This document shows positions 32,789-45,181 of a DNA stretch of 64,000 bases, piece by piece. Numbering within the stretch: the first letter of the stretch is position 1; the number at the start of each line of letters is the position of its first letter. A model generated the notes under the pieces. That model did not search any database and was not told the origin of the DNA. It worked only from the letters and a program-made list of their open reading frames with translations. The DNA lies in contig SMSO01000007.1 of assembly GCA_004764695.1 (NCBI GenBank), positions 1 to 64,000 of the forward strand, given 5' to 3'. Source of the DNA: Schizochytrium sp. TIO01 (Eukaryota; Protista; Bigyra: Labyrinthulomycetes). The position numbers and the translations under genes were made by a program.

Positions 32789-35212
32789 TCAACTCATTGA
32801 TTCATGTTGACTCAACAGCATTTCGAGGTCGTCAGCTTCTCTGGCAAATTGGTCAAGATCAGTACAGACATAAGATCTGCCAAAGTCAATTACCACCACA
32901 GATTCGCCATTCCATAAAAAGTTATGTAGAGCAACATCATTGTGAAGCACACCAGCCCTGTGTACTGCCATTAAGGCCTCATGAGCACAGCGTTGTATAC
33001 GGGTGGTAAGCACTTGTTGCTGTGAAAGTTTGAGGAGCGTATCACCCCCGTACTCGGTAACTACAAGGAAGCGCTCCATTTTCGAATAAATCCCACCAAA
33101 GATAAATCGAGGCACCACAGTGCCTTGCAGTTTCTGCAAAGGTCCGCAATACATTTGTATTTCGTTCACGAATGTAGATTCAATGGCATCAGCTTCTTCT
33201 CGGCGCTTCGGATAGGAAAGGGTCTTGACTACTGCATCAGGTCCCTTACCATTATTGAGAGTCATTCGGGCAATGTGGGCTGAGTGCGTCGTACAAAGGG
33301 TCACGTAGGAAGGCTCCCACGGAAGTGGCATCTCGAAGGTACTTCCCCACCTCAATCCTGCTTGCCTTTCAGATTGAAATCCACTTGCATTTGCACTTGA
33401 ATCCGCGGTCATTTTGGCATTATCAGTCTGCGATGGCATGGTACTTTGTACCGAGCTGGAGCCTTGACTTCCAGAACTTGAGTTCTCTAGTCCACGAAGA
33501 ACTGAAGCACCGGGCCTAGTGCAATCTTCTGGCAACTGAGAGATCTGCTCTGACCAGTGATTTTTCACATTAACAGCAAGCTTTCCAGTGGGATTTTCCA
33601 GCTGGCCACGCCTAGGCGAATGCAGAATATAGCAAAGTAGACAAAAATACGCGTTTCTGAGTGATTTCCTTCCTTCTTCCATACACGAAAATCCCTTGGT
33701 GATCCATAAGGTGCCTTCATTGTCACGCTTCAGGAACCACGTAAACCGTGTTGTACTCAGTACACCAAACTCCAAGCCGAGGATAACCATATAACTGTAA
33801 ACCTGGTAAATTCCCAACCGCGGTTTTCCAGCACCCTTCATATTCATATTTATGTTTTGTTCAACCGAAGCAAGGGGACCCGCAGCATCGAATAAATCGA
33901 ACCAATTATCCTGCTGGTGCGACGCGTCCACCGGGAAATCAGAAGGAGCTTTCTGCTCGTGTACAAGAAAAATATCAACTGTTTGGGAGTCCACTTTGGA
34001 AGCGCGCCATGTGAGGTCAGGCCGCGAGTTTAGTGAGGTTATAACTTTTGTTGTTGGGAACTGCACAATATTCCCGCCCCCAGGAAATGTATCGCCTCTA
34101 AAGACAGTCGAGAAGAAAGGCGCAATAATACCTGTCGAAATTCCCTGCAAAAACGCGTCGCTCTCATTGCTTCGCCTGTTAAAAGGCGTTGTTTTACTTT
34201 CAAACACAATGTCAAAGGTTCGTGTAGACTCTATAGGAAGGTTTTGGTACATGGACCCAACAATTTCACTTTGGAAGTCATCAATAGACCACTCTCGCAA
34301 CGATTGGGGTGGAAGTGAAGTCCCCCTGACAGCACTGCTCGAAGTACCAGGTCCCGTATCAGTAAGTTCTAAAAATAGTGCCTTGTCTAGACACTTACTT
34401 AAGCGAGATATATGGGGATTTCCCAACACTTGTTGATCCGACTCGGCTTTTTCATCATACATTCTTCTACAATACGTAGCGTCTGAGTCGACTTCTTTAT
34501 CTAGGTCCTCGTTTTCCTTATCCAGTAGCTTCTTTGCAGCTTTGTAAGCCTTTTCCTTTTCCACTTCAGGGGCCTCTGCAAGGTTTTGCAGAGCAACTAA
34601 AATATCCAGACTACGCTCTAGTTGCTTTGCTCTTTCTTTAGCAGCTTCTGCTCTTTCTTTAGCAGCTTCTGCTCTTTCTTTAGCAGCTTCCGCTCTTTCT
34701 TTAGCAGCTTCTGCTCTTTCTTCAGCAGCTTCTGCTCTAGCTCTCTCTGCTTCTGCTCTTTCTTCAGCAGCTTCTGCTCTAGCTCGAAACTGTTCCGCTG
34801 ATAAACGAATTAGCCTTTTGCAAATTGCATCTAAAACTTCCATATCAGCATAGTTTTGCAAGTCTTCTGTTCGTTCTACAAGTTCAAGCAAGGTTTCTGA
34901 GTCACCGCTACGAATATCCTCCACGTCATCGGAGTCTGCCCAAACCTCTATGGAACGGCCGTATTCATCTAAAGAAACATATATTGTTTCAATGAGCGCC
35001 GCTATTCTATCAATTGAAAGCAGACATATCAGACTAGGACTCAAGTCCTCGTTGATTTCATGAAGACTAAGACTCTTGATATCATCCACACTGATCTGCT
35101 CAGCTCTAGCAGCGTCAGCAGCGTGTCTAGCAGCACGCTCTGCAGATTGTTTCTTTTTCTTGGCTGCTCGCTCCTCCCGGTTGTCGCTTTGCTGGCGTCG
35201 GTTTCCAGGCAT
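32789..35212 (-). CDS. 807-aa protein: coiled-coil heptad repeats, restriction-endonuclease-like domain and C-terminal atypical protein kinase
   Basis: (AEAAKER)n; RPDLTW...VHEQKAP...QVYSYM...FGVLSTTRFTWFLKR; kinase motifs VVK, NEIQMY...LQGTVVPR, LHNDVALHNFL and IDFG. Confidence 0.8.
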   Translation of the reverse strand: MPGNRRQQSDNREERAAKKKKQSAERAARHAADAARAEQISVDDIKSLSLHEINEDLSPSLICLLSIDRIAALIETIYVSLDEYGRSIEVWADSDDVEDIRSGDSETLLELVERTEDLQNYADMEVLDAICKRLIRLSAEQFRARAEAAEERAEAERARAEAAEERAEAAKERAEAAKERAEAAKERAEAAKERAKQLERSLDILVALQNLAEAPEVEKEKAYKAAKKLLDKENEDLDKEVDSDATYCRRMYDEKAESDQQVLGNPHISRLSKCLDKALFLELTDTGPGTSSSAVRGTSLPPQSLREWSIDDFQSEIVGSMYQNLPIESTRTFDIVFESKTTPFNRRSNESDAFLQGISTGIIAPFFSTVFRGDTFPGGGNIVQFPTTKVITSLNSRPDLTWRASKVDSQTVDIFLVHEQKAPSDFPVDASHQQDNWFDLFDAAGPLASVEQNINMNMKGAGKPRLGIYQVYSYMVILGLEFGVLSTTRFTWFLKRDNEGTLWITKGFSCMEEGRKSLRNAYFCLLCYILHSPRRGQLENPTGKLAVNVKNHWSEQISQLPEDCTRPGASVLRGLENSSSGSQGSSSVQSTMPSQTDNAKMTADSSANASGFQSERQAGLRWGSTFEMPLPWEPSYVTLCTTHSAHIARMTLNNGKGPDAVVKTLSYPKRREEADAIESTFVNEIQMYCGPLQKLQGTVVPRFIFGGIYSKMERFLVVTEYGGDTLLKLSQQQVLTTRIQRCAHEALMAVHRAGVLHNDVALHNFLWNGESVVVIDFGRSYVCTDLDQFAREADDLEMLLSQHESMS
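34625..34785. repeat. 21-bp coding minisatellite (AEAAKER/AEAAEER)
   Basis: GCTCTTTCTTTAGCAGCTTCT-type units in tandem. Confidence 0.9.
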
Positions 35213-36824
35213 CTTGGACTTACCCCCTCACGCGGGTGCTTTGTTCGCAGCCTGCCTTCATTGCTTTAAGCCTCTCAACCTACGCGGACAAAAAGTCTTG
35301 GTGAGAGATGGGACAATAAGGTTTTACTTTCCACAGTGTCTTAGTATTCCTTTTTCACACACTGATAATATATATTTCCAGTAGAGAGATTAATTGTTTT
35401 GGCTTGAGCTTTTACACAAGACAAGTTGCCAAAAGATTTAAACTCATTACTCTGACCAGTGATGAGTCTGAAGGTATTATCAGTATGTAGCTTACCTATT
35501 TACCTACTGAGTCTACCCAGCTGTCTCAAGTACGGTATATCACCCACGCGCGTGCACAACACTCTCACGAGCCAAACTATAACAATTACTCGTTATATAC
35601 ACAAAAGGTTTCACTATACTGACTACTAGATATTTCGGGCACGTGACTTTGTCCGGAAATAGCATTTAAGTACACTTTCCCATTTAGGACGGATGTAGTA
35701 CTACAATAACTTCCTTACACTCCGTAGGTGCCAATCCAAGAACATTATTTTAAATTGTCTTTGAGTCGCCCATAGGAAAAGTGCAAGCAAAAAAACACAT
35801 TAAAAAATAATTTGATATAAAGATGACGAGGATCGAGTTCTAGTTAACTATAAGTACTGCAAGTTCGCGTGGGGCAATCACCAAGAAATAGCATAGGTGG
35901 AAAGATGAAGGGAAAAAAATAGTTAGAATTAATATCCAGGAACTGTTGAAAAGGTCCATCGTCTAAGTCTATGTTTTGGTCTCGACTTCGTTACACTTGG
36001 GTGTTCTCATAGATACACACCTTTGTCCACACTTAGCTGTTATACTTCAATAATAAGGATGCTGACGATACCACAGCCCACGATGACTTTGTTGCAGGAC
36101 ACCACACAGATACGGCGAGCCCTGACCAACGCGAAGAAAGTTGCTGTTGTTGTCAATCTCATCATAAGGTGGGTTCAAAATCTCGATCCTCGCGTAACCT
36201 CGGTTGTTCCTGAATAGGGGATACGAAATGTAATGAGTGGATCCACCCATCGTCTTCATAGTTTCTAAAGAAGGAAGCCTCAGTGTTGATACAAGGAACG
36301 GTAACGGCGTGGATGATTTTAAAACGTTGAGCGCTATGATAAAGAAAATGAATGAAAAGGTAGTGGCAGTAACTAAAAATTAGATTAAATGCATGAAAAA
36401 GAGATACGCAAGGTGCAATACTATGTGTCTATCATCGAAATAGAATAGGTACTTTGGTAGTAGTAGAACCTACTTACTAGGAGGTCAACGGCAAAGATAA
36501 ATTGAGTTTTTAAACCAGACGCCAAGAACATTCATGTACCACTTCAGTGATACCGAAATACTCTTCCGGATCGTACCTTACGAACTACATTAAAAAGTAC
36601 TATATAAACTCTCCATATAATCATGTTGGACTGTCCATTGATGTCTGCATAACGGTTCTCTATTTGGCAATATGGGGGAATAGTGCACACACCACGCAGA
36701 ACTCCTTCCTATTTTTTGTGCGTTATAAGTATACCTAGAGAGAGGTATTCAGGAAAGAATTGTACCTAGATACCTACACCTACGAAACAGAAGATAAAGT
36801 TGAATGGTATATCTATAATGAACC

Positions 36825-37673
36825 ATGACGCACGAAAGCATTTGGGTGCGGGCGTTTGGTTTCCTTCTTCTTAATGCATTGGTACCCGATGTAGAGAAAG
36901 CTTTAGACAGAATGCCAGTGCTGGCGCACCGGAAGCATTCTATTGTACTCGTGTTTATTGTTTATTGCATGAGTCTTATTATTCTGCTGATCAGTTTTTT
37001 TGTTGAAATACTCTGCCCGACCTTTCTTTACTTCCTTGCAAGCCTGACCTACACAATCAAAATGTCAACAAGCTACATGTATTGTGTTCGAGTGGAGAGC
37101 CTTCTTCTTGGCCCGATGCGCTCTGATAACGTATCGAGGTTACTTTTCCTTTTGAAATGTTTTCTGGCACTTGCTTATACGATTAATGTACTCAAGGCGT
37201 TTATATTTTATAAAAGCTACATCGTTGTAATCAATGAAGGTACAGATGAAGAAAGTTCTGAATGTAAATTCGACTTTGGTGAAGGTATTTGGGTGATTCT
37301 TGATGAAATCATGTTCACATTGGCAGATGCTTTTGCTTTTGTATTGCTGATTTACATATTTAGCAAACACGTGAAGCCTGACATGGTGTCACCAGAAATT
37401 ATATTTGCAAGAGAGATGTTTTCTCGACTATTACGCATTGCTGCGGTTCCCCTCATTTCAACAATTGTTTGCACAATTGGCACATTCCGAGACCCCGACA
37501 ATGGTGGTTTTATTGGCACCATAGATACCCAAGCTCACGCTATTGCACTCTTCATTGGGTTTGCCTCAATGAACCAAATTGGTGTCGTACGAAACCAGTC
37601 AGCTCAAGTATCTCCACTTCGATCCCCAGAGAGTAAGCTAAGAGCAGGAGCAAGTCAGGAAGGTTTATCATGA
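36825..37673 (+). CDS. Multi-pass membrane protein (about 6-7 TM segments, GPCR-like layout), unknown function
   Basis: 282-aa ORF with regularly spaced hydrophobic segments, a Cys in a loop between TM segments and a polar C-terminal tail. Confidence 0.7.
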   Translation: MTHESIWVRAFGFLLLNALVPDVEKALDRMPVLAHRKHSIVLVFIVYCMSLIILLISFFVEILCPTFLYFLASLTYTIKMSTSYMYCVRVESLLLGPMRSDNVSRLLFLLKCFLALAYTINVLKAFIFYKSYIVVINEGTDEESSECKFDFGEGIWVILDEIMFTLADAFAFVLLIYIFSKHVKPDMVSPEIIFAREMFSRLLRIAAVPLISTIVCTIGTFRDPDNGGFIGTIDTQAHAIALFIGFASMNQIGVVRNQSAQVSPLRSPESKLRAGASQEGLS

Positions 37674-38549
37674 CTCCTTTCTGTTTTCGCCCCGCCCGCA
37701 GTATGAGAAGATATTATTAGCGTTATATAAACGATCCCAAATGTTTCGTTTATTATTGTCTGAGTCTTCTTCTCTTATGACAGTACCTAAGATAGTTGCG
37801 GCAAACCAAGAAGAAAGATTTGTCTGTCTGAAAGGAGAAAATGAAGATGCGCCCGCAACTAAATGCAACGAAGGTTAGCTAAATCTTCAGTTGAACAAAA
37901 AGATAGCATAGTGCTTACTACGACGACTTGAACTACGTGTAAGGAAATCCTTGTCGAGGGGCTATTTATCTCTGAACTATTAGACAATCGTTTCTCAGGT
38001 TTGGAGAAAAAAAATAAATAATAATATCTTGTTTTTTCTTCTTTTAACGTTGGAAAAACTTCTCTTCAACAGTAGCTCTGCTGCCAATTGGTCTCTTGCT
38101 TGATCGAGCTAGGGCATTTTACCTTTCCTGCTTTTCAAAATCTTTTTTAATCTTTATCCTTTTAGCACTACACTTCGTAGTTCACGACAAAAGAGGAGCA
38201 GAAGTCGATGATGACCGAGAGCTCATTGTTGGCACTTGATCTAACAAATAGTTCATCAACCATGGGAATCAGTGGTCATATGCTGTGATATCTCACGATC
38301 AGTTAGAATATAGGAAGCTTTTGTTCAGACTTTGAACAAGTAGCGTGTAAGGGTTTCGCTCGACATAGTGTTACAAGGCAGATTTTAACTTGGCTTTGAC
38401 CTTGTCATGTTTGAGTCTATTTGACACGTGAGTAGGAAAAGTTCGCCAATAAGGATGCGAACTCTGCCAAATTTTACTTATACCAACATGAGACCCCGGC
38501 ACACAGTAGAGTTAGCGTTTGCATAGAGTATCCCTCCCTGTTCCCCTAT

Positions 38550-40799
38550 CTACTTAGTTGATTGAGATTGGAGATGCTGTTTAATAAATTTAATGGGCTT
38601 CCGCATGGCGACATCTCGAAGTTCTTTCAAAAGGGCTGGGAAATCATTGATTTTGAGTCCAAGAGCCTCCCATCGGGTGATCATCCCTCTCCAAAAAGCC
38701 GCAAATAATTTTGCACTTGCGTCCCATGCAGTAGAGGCAATACCACCGAAATCGGGGTGTTGTCGGATCGTCTGAAGTGTAGCAAGAGACCAATTGAGCG
38801 CAACTGCCATAAGGGGAAACTCCTGCACACTTGACCTTGACAAAAGATAGATTTTCTGAACAAGTGTCGGGTCGTCTTTAGCGAGTTGAATCATTTGCAG
38901 TGGCCCTAGCAACCCTGAGCCACGCAAATCTGTGGAAGGATCGACTCCTTGAAATCCAATAACCTCCCACTTTGGACCGGGCGCTGCATTTTCTGGAAAG
39001 CCTTTGAATACACCATGTGTTACACTTTGGTATAATGCCTCCATAACAGACAAATGGGTCACATCATTCCAATCTAACTTCATCTGGGATAGGGAGATTA
39101 AATCGTCTCTATCGTTCCAGGTGATTTGTGGTTTTCGTAAGAAGCCAATTTTCGAAAGAAACAGCGATCCAGTTTTCTCATGTGCCACTTCATCAAAGAA
39201 GTCTGACTTTTCGTCTTTGCCCAAAAGATTATTTTTGAGGGTGCGAATATCAAAGGAAATGGGCTCAGCTTGCCGATGATTCAAAGTGAGGGAATTCCAT
39301 ACTTCTTCGTCACAATCCTGCTCTTCTACATCTTTGGGAGGAAGGGTGGGTTCATCTAGATTTTCTCCTATTGCAGTTCTAATGGTCTTCTTCTTCGTGT
39401 CTGACGCTGAAGGAGAGCGGTTCGCTTGTATGGACTGTCCTGACTTTCTGAGAACAGCGCAAGTTGACGATGAGATGATCTCTGTCTTTTGTGGCAACTT
39501 TGTCTGTAGCATTGAATCAGGATTTGGCACGGACTCGGTAATTCTCTTCACTATATTTACCTGAGTTGGGGGGCTGGATTTGCATTGCTGTGACGCAGGC
39601 ACACTTGCTGGAATAGCGAGAGCAATTGGTAAATGAGACTCATCATGGCTTACAGATTCGCCTAAAGAGCTAGAATCGTCCTCATTTTCATTTTCCTCGC
39701 TTTCCTCTTCCTCATCATCCTCCTCTACCAAAGTCTCCAGCTTCTTGTTTCGGCGTCTGCGCCGAATATAGCCTGTTTGAGGTGGCACAATTGGGGGTGG
39801 TGGGAGTACTTCTTTTATAAGATTTTCGTTGTCGTTGACCAACTGAGAAAATACTAAACATGCATCTAAAATCGACCGCTCAGGCGTCGATTTTACATCT
39901 TCTACTTGAGTAAAAAAGTAACCATTATCCTCATCAACCCTTGATGAGGATTCACTGGTGCATTGAACGATGTTGGAGGGAGCATGGTTCGTGCTAATTT
40001 CTGATGCTTTCTTTTTCTCAGAAATGGTGTTTGACAAGTTTCCTTCTTTCGTAACCACATCAAGGAGGCTTTTTGAATCTCTTTCTTTGTACTCTTCTTC
40101 AATGTCAATGTCAAAGTCAGAATCTGATTCAGACTCCAAGTCCTCGGATACATGTGAATTCTTGTGATTTTCCATCAATGAAGACATCATCTCTTGAGTA
40201 AATTCGATTTCATCTTCGAATTCAGGCTGGCGAGGTACAATATATGTGTCCGAGCCTGTGCTCGAATCTGGTTGAGGTCGATCGTACGGTTTGTATTGGA
40301 TTCCAAAGGTTGCTGAAGGAATGGGTTGACTACAAACCTCTTGTGCAAGATGAGCCGAGACTCTTAGAGCTGGACTCTGAGTTGAGTGCTCGTCTTTCGG
40401 ATGACAAGGTGCACATTCAGAGGATAGGTCATGGAGACCAACAGAGGGCGCTCGGGGTGCACTCGAAGCTTGTCGTAAAGGTACTGACTTTGGCAAGTCA
40501 TGTTCTGAGAACCGCGCGGGTTTTCTGGTAGCTAGGCCAAGCTGCACCGCCTCGGGGTTAATCTCTACTCGATCATACTCGAAGTTATCATCTTGCTCAC
40601 CAATGGCAGGTTCTGTGTCTGTCTGTGTCGTTCCGCAAGTTGGAGAGGGAGGCAGCATTTCCGCAAGAGAGCTATGCCTCGTTGCACCCAAAGCTAAAGG
40701 CAAACAGTCTGTTCTTTGATTATTGCTTGCCTTCATCCCAGGTATGATCGTGTGAAAATGGCATATTATACCATTACCCTCCTCCTTCGTAGTTTTCAT
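38550..40799 (-). CDS. ELMO/CED-12 domain-containing protein (ELMOD-like)
   Basis: C-terminal WEVIGFQGVDPSTDLRGSGLLG...FPLMAVALN motif after a long low-complexity N-terminus. Confidence 0.88.
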   Translation of the reverse strand: MKTTKEEGNGIICHFHTIIPGMKASNNQRTDCLPLALGATRHSSLAEMLPPSPTCGTTQTDTEPAIGEQDDNFEYDRVEINPEAVQLGLATRKPARFSEHDLPKSVPLRQASSAPRAPSVGLHDLSSECAPCHPKDEHSTQSPALRVSAHLAQEVCSQPIPSATFGIQYKPYDRPQPDSSTGSDTYIVPRQPEFEDEIEFTQEMMSSLMENHKNSHVSEDLESESDSDFDIDIEEEYKERDSKSLLDVVTKEGNLSNTISEKKKASEISTNHAPSNIVQCTSESSSRVDEDNGYFFTQVEDVKSTPERSILDACLVFSQLVNDNENLIKEVLPPPPIVPPQTGYIRRRRRNKKLETLVEEDDEEEESEENENEDDSSSLGESVSHDESHLPIALAIPASVPASQQCKSSPPTQVNIVKRITESVPNPDSMLQTKLPQKTEIISSSTCAVLRKSGQSIQANRSPSASDTKKKTIRTAIGENLDEPTLPPKDVEEQDCDEEVWNSLTLNHRQAEPISFDIRTLKNNLLGKDEKSDFFDEVAHEKTGSLFLSKIGFLRKPQITWNDRDDLISLSQMKLDWNDVTHLSVMEALYQSVTHGVFKGFPENAAPGPKWEVIGFQGVDPSTDLRGSGLLGPLQMIQLAKDDPTLVQKIYLLSRSSVQEFPLMAVALNWSLATLQTIRQHPDFGGIASTAWDASAKLFAAFWRGMITRWEALGLKINDFPALLKELRDVAMRKPIKFIKQHLQSQSTK

Positions 40800-41985
40800 C
40801 GTTCTTGTTCCCCCACCCTGCTACCCTGCCTATTGATTATTCCTCTGTTTCGTTTAGAATGATAAGAAGGTCCGTTGAAAAATGGACTTTTTGCTTAATT
40901 GTGGTAGTAGTACTAGTAGTAGGTACTCGTAGGAACTAGTATTAGCACCGTGACCTATGTACTACCACGGTAGACATCCTTTTTGTCCAGGAATTTAATA
41001 TCTTCCGACTGGTGAGAACACTTGATTTTCATTTCTTTTGGTTTCGTTTACTTTAATACAGGAAGCGGGGTCAATGGCTCGTTTCTACGCTTAACCACTT
41101 GGCCTTCTCGCCCTACTTATTCACCTGGGTAGTTTTAATTGAGACAGGGTGAAATGGGTGCGAGGTTCTTCACTTATACACAGGTATATTCTTCTTTCAC
41201 ATTTTTCCAGGGCGAGCAGTCAAAATGATTGAATAACAAACTTAGTTTAGGAAACTGCGTGAAAAATATTTTTCATGGCATTGGCAATAATACTACCTTT
41301 GAATCTTAAATCGAATAAACAGATGCGAGCTACTCAAAGTCAGTTTCGACCCTCGACGAATTTCATCACCTCAAATCGTATCGTCTTTCGTTGTTCGGAA
41401 ACCGTGTCTTTTACTTGGATAATTGTCTAATTTGAAAAAACAGTAAGCCTTGGGCGTACTGAGTATACCCTTCAAATCATCTAAAGCGCAGGGTCTGGAT
41501 CAGTGTTCTTATTTAGGTTGGCCATTAAAACGATAAGGCAACACATACGATTCGACATAAGAGATATTATTTATACGGCCATGGTTAGCATCCAATTCAT
41601 CCCAACTTTTGCGAGCGAATCGTCCCATGGAACTCTCCATGACAAGGTCTTCAAAACAATCTAAGAGCAAATATAATAACAAATGCATACAATAATGTGG
41701 AATCCACAGTCGCTAAAGGCACGATCCTCATATTACATTAACTGGCTCCTTTATTTTTGCGATGGTTGTTTAGAGCCCAAAGCATAGACAAGCAGGGGAG
41801 GCAAGTGAGAAAACAAGATTTGGTTGTTAAAGATTGGATAGTTTTCTTTGGTGTTATGCATGGGCCAAAAAGACAGGACAGGGTGAGCGGTTTAGCAGGA
41901 CAAAAGCAAACGCATAGTTTGAATCACCTCGTTTCCACAGCGCGCTCATCGTGTGCTCAAGATACACGGATGTTGTCTTTTTTAC

Positions 41986-42249
41986 TTAATCCCGGTGCTT
42001 CTTCATCTCAGCCTCGTAGGTAGCATCACCCCAAGCCACGGTGCCGACGAGGATAAGGAAGGCAGGACCAACATCGAGAATGTTGTCAGTGAACTTGTGC
42101 TTCATCTTCTCCGGCCAGGTCTTCACCCACGGGGAGATAAAGTCCTGCTGGTACGGGGAGACAGTGCGAGTAACACGGCCGTTCTCAGGCTTGAACTTCT
42201 TCCAAAGCTTGGTCAGACCAGGCTGAACGTTCTTAGGGAGAGGGGCCAT
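41986..42249 (-). CDS. QCR8: Cytochrome b-c1 complex subunit 8 (UQCRQ family)
   Basis: 87 aa, with a VSPYQQ motif, one TM helix and W...YE near the C-terminus; strong codon bias. Confidence 0.8.
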   Translation of the reverse strand: MAPLPKNVQPGLTKLWKKFKPENGRVTRTVSPYQQDFISPWVKTWPEKMKHKFTDNILDVGPAFLILVGTVAWGDATYEAEMKKHRD

Positions 42250-45181
42250 TTTGCTAAATCACACAACCACGACAAAGGTCTGGTAAAAAGAAAGCTGTTC
42301 GGAAGAGTTGCCAAAGACATAATTAAAGGCGAGATCATTCCAACATCCCAATAACATGTGCACAAAACGTATATGAACAGACGCACCAACCGTTGTCCCC
42401 AACGAGAAAATATAGCAGATTCATAAGAAATGATGTTAGCAACCACAAGTAGTATTAACATACCCGAGCAAGTGAGACATTAATCAGCCATGAATAATCG
42501 TCAGCGCAAAGGTAAGAGGAAAAGGATCAGGAGAGAAGAAGACCACCTCCAAGCCCAGCCCGTCAGGCGAAATTGAGAAAAGACCAAAAAAAAAAAGCCA
42601 CAAGGCCGCACACAGAAGAACCCAAATGATAATGATCAACAGATATCCAGACACGCAAAGCACACATCCATGTTTCAAGCACCACAGTTAGTTTTCTGCT
42701 TCAACACCCTAACAAGTAACTCATCGAATCCCTCAATCCACAGGAAAATCCCTTGCTGTAGTTCCCCCATGAAACCCAAGAACAAAATACAATCTCTCCA
42801 AGAGGCTGCAGTACACCATTCCCTTCAGACAGCTTGGTTGCTTCGCAAAAATCTCGGAGCGCGCAGGACATGAATTTGCAGAGTGCGATATCACTATACG
42901 CATGCGCCGAGAGCATCTTTAGACGAATGCTGCTCTTGATCTCTCCTTTTCACAAAGTATGTACATCGAATAATACGTCTCCTTCTTTGACTTTCGCGCT
43001 CGGACGGCCTGCTCATGCCCACATCAGGGCCGGCAGTCCGGCTGGTAGCAGTCACCACGGTAAGAAATCGATTCAAGATAGAGGGCTGCGTTGTCCTAGG
43101 GTTCGCGGGCGTAGCAAGGGGCGGATTCGTCGCGCCCAAGCGGCGGCAACCTACCCGAGTGATGGTCTTCTGCCGCGTGTTTGGTGGCAAGAGGCCTGCC
43201 TGCAGACACTCTCGGAGAAACTCTCCTCCTTCTCCACTGAGTATTTAAAAGTATTGCTTTTCAAAAACTTACACTTTTTCCGAGTCTATTACAACTGTAA
43301 CTGATATAGTCTCAGTGGGGTAGTGAGGGGGTGCAGGTGTGTCGGCTAATTATCCCAAGAAGTGGCTCAAAGGGTTAGTTAGGCCTTTATACAAAGAGCA
43401 CGCACAGCGATACATAGATGGCCAAGATGGGTGTTTCCTCTCAGCTGTTTTCCTGCATCCCATGTCTGTTAGACTCCGGCAGGATTTAGATAGGTACGCA
43501 GACAGGTATAGCTGCTGGAGGTGATTAGGCAGCGACGTAGAAGGCAGAACAGCTTCACTCATTAAAGTTATTTCATTCTCGACGGAGCGCCTACCTGGGC
43601 ACTAGCCACTCCTATGCGCCTGCTTGTTTACCTACCAGCCACTACTGTGAGTATTAGGAATCACTGATGATGATGAGATGATCCTTTCACAATGAATGCT
43701 ACTAGTTGCCTCTAGGATACTCCTACAGCTGTGCGCTAGTATCACTGCTAGCGGCATTAGGTAGTAGGTAGTCTGTGCCTACGCACTTACTATAACTAGC
43801 TAGCTAGTAAGAACGAGATACGGCAGTGCTAGCAGCGACCACTAGGCGTAACTGTAAGGGCTGGCTGGTAATTAGCAACTAGGTGCATAAAGGGGAGATA
43901 TCGCGAGAAACGATAAGATAGCCTAGCTGCTAGTAGTGGTAGTAGTGGCAGTGGTAGTAGTGCAATACTGAAAGAGTGGTTGTTTTGGCTTGAGTTCTTT
44001 CCGAAAGACTTTAATTGATTGCCTTGACGTTGTGAGTGGGATCAGCAAAGAGTGATTGTTCCGGCTCGAGTTCTTACCCAACGTGCTTAAACCTTCAAGC
44101 CTGTTGTCTGTATCGGCTATGAGTGATTGCTCCGGCTTGAGTTTTTAGCCAAGTACAAGTTGCTAAAAGATTTTCACTTGTGATGGTCCTTATTCCATCG
44201 AACGACTTCAAGATAGCTTAGGACTTTGGTTAGATAATTGTAGGTAATATAAGGTCCTACAAACTTCCTAGCTCAATTAGTATGTAATGGAAGATAATAC
44301 TAACGTAAGTAGGCCCATGTATTATCTGCTATGCAATACATCGTACAACAAGGCTGCTCAATTCGGACATTCTCAGCAATCATGAATAGCTTTACAATAT
44401 GATAGCCTCGCCTCAAGCAAGAGCTCAGCTTGATTCGGCCACGTTTTTATTTAAGGATGCTATGGTGTGATAAAATAAAAAGTTAATGTGTTTATAGAAT
44501 GTGAAGCAGGATGAGTGACAAAATCTCCTTCAACAGTAAAAGCGAAAACGCATGTCTTCTGTAGAAGGGGAGACAGAAATTCTAATGCATTCCATTGCTA
44601 GACTTGGTTGTATTACAGCTGTGCCTTTTTATTTCTTTAGGCTATAAATCTACTCTTCTCTATAGTTTCACTTGAATGGCTCTAAAAGGGAAATAGCAGG
44701 AGGGTCGCGAAATGAGAAATAAAGTTCATTTTGCTTCGTGATTATTATTTGTTTGGGACCCCAACCTTGCAAAAATCGGAACATCATGAAGGTGGGTTTT
44801 CTGCTAAGATTTGTTATTTGTTATATGACTCTTCAAGAAACTTTCCCTGAAGGTACTGTATAAAAGAGTAACTATGGTATACGGCGTTTGATGAATCATG
44901 TTAACATTCATCTCGAAACCTCTCACATAATATGTACACAGAGAGAGGGACATCTAAAAAGAGATAGTTGGTAAAATTCTCAAACTCTTGATTTTCTATT
45001 CTAGTAAATAATCAAGAGCAAATATAGATATTAAGTCATGATTTCGTGTGAAGCATGTCTAACCCAAATCCTGTAATATTTGAACAGAGAAAGAACATTT
45101 CCTTTATCGTTTTCACCAGACGTCTCCCTGCTAATTACTCCTAACTCTGACCCTTTTGCAACCATCTTTGCAAATTGTATT

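Noticed and set aside
42484-43562. Cluster of overlapping short ORFs upstream of QCR8
   Set aside because: No motifs or consistent frame; more likely UTR, intron or promoter sequence.
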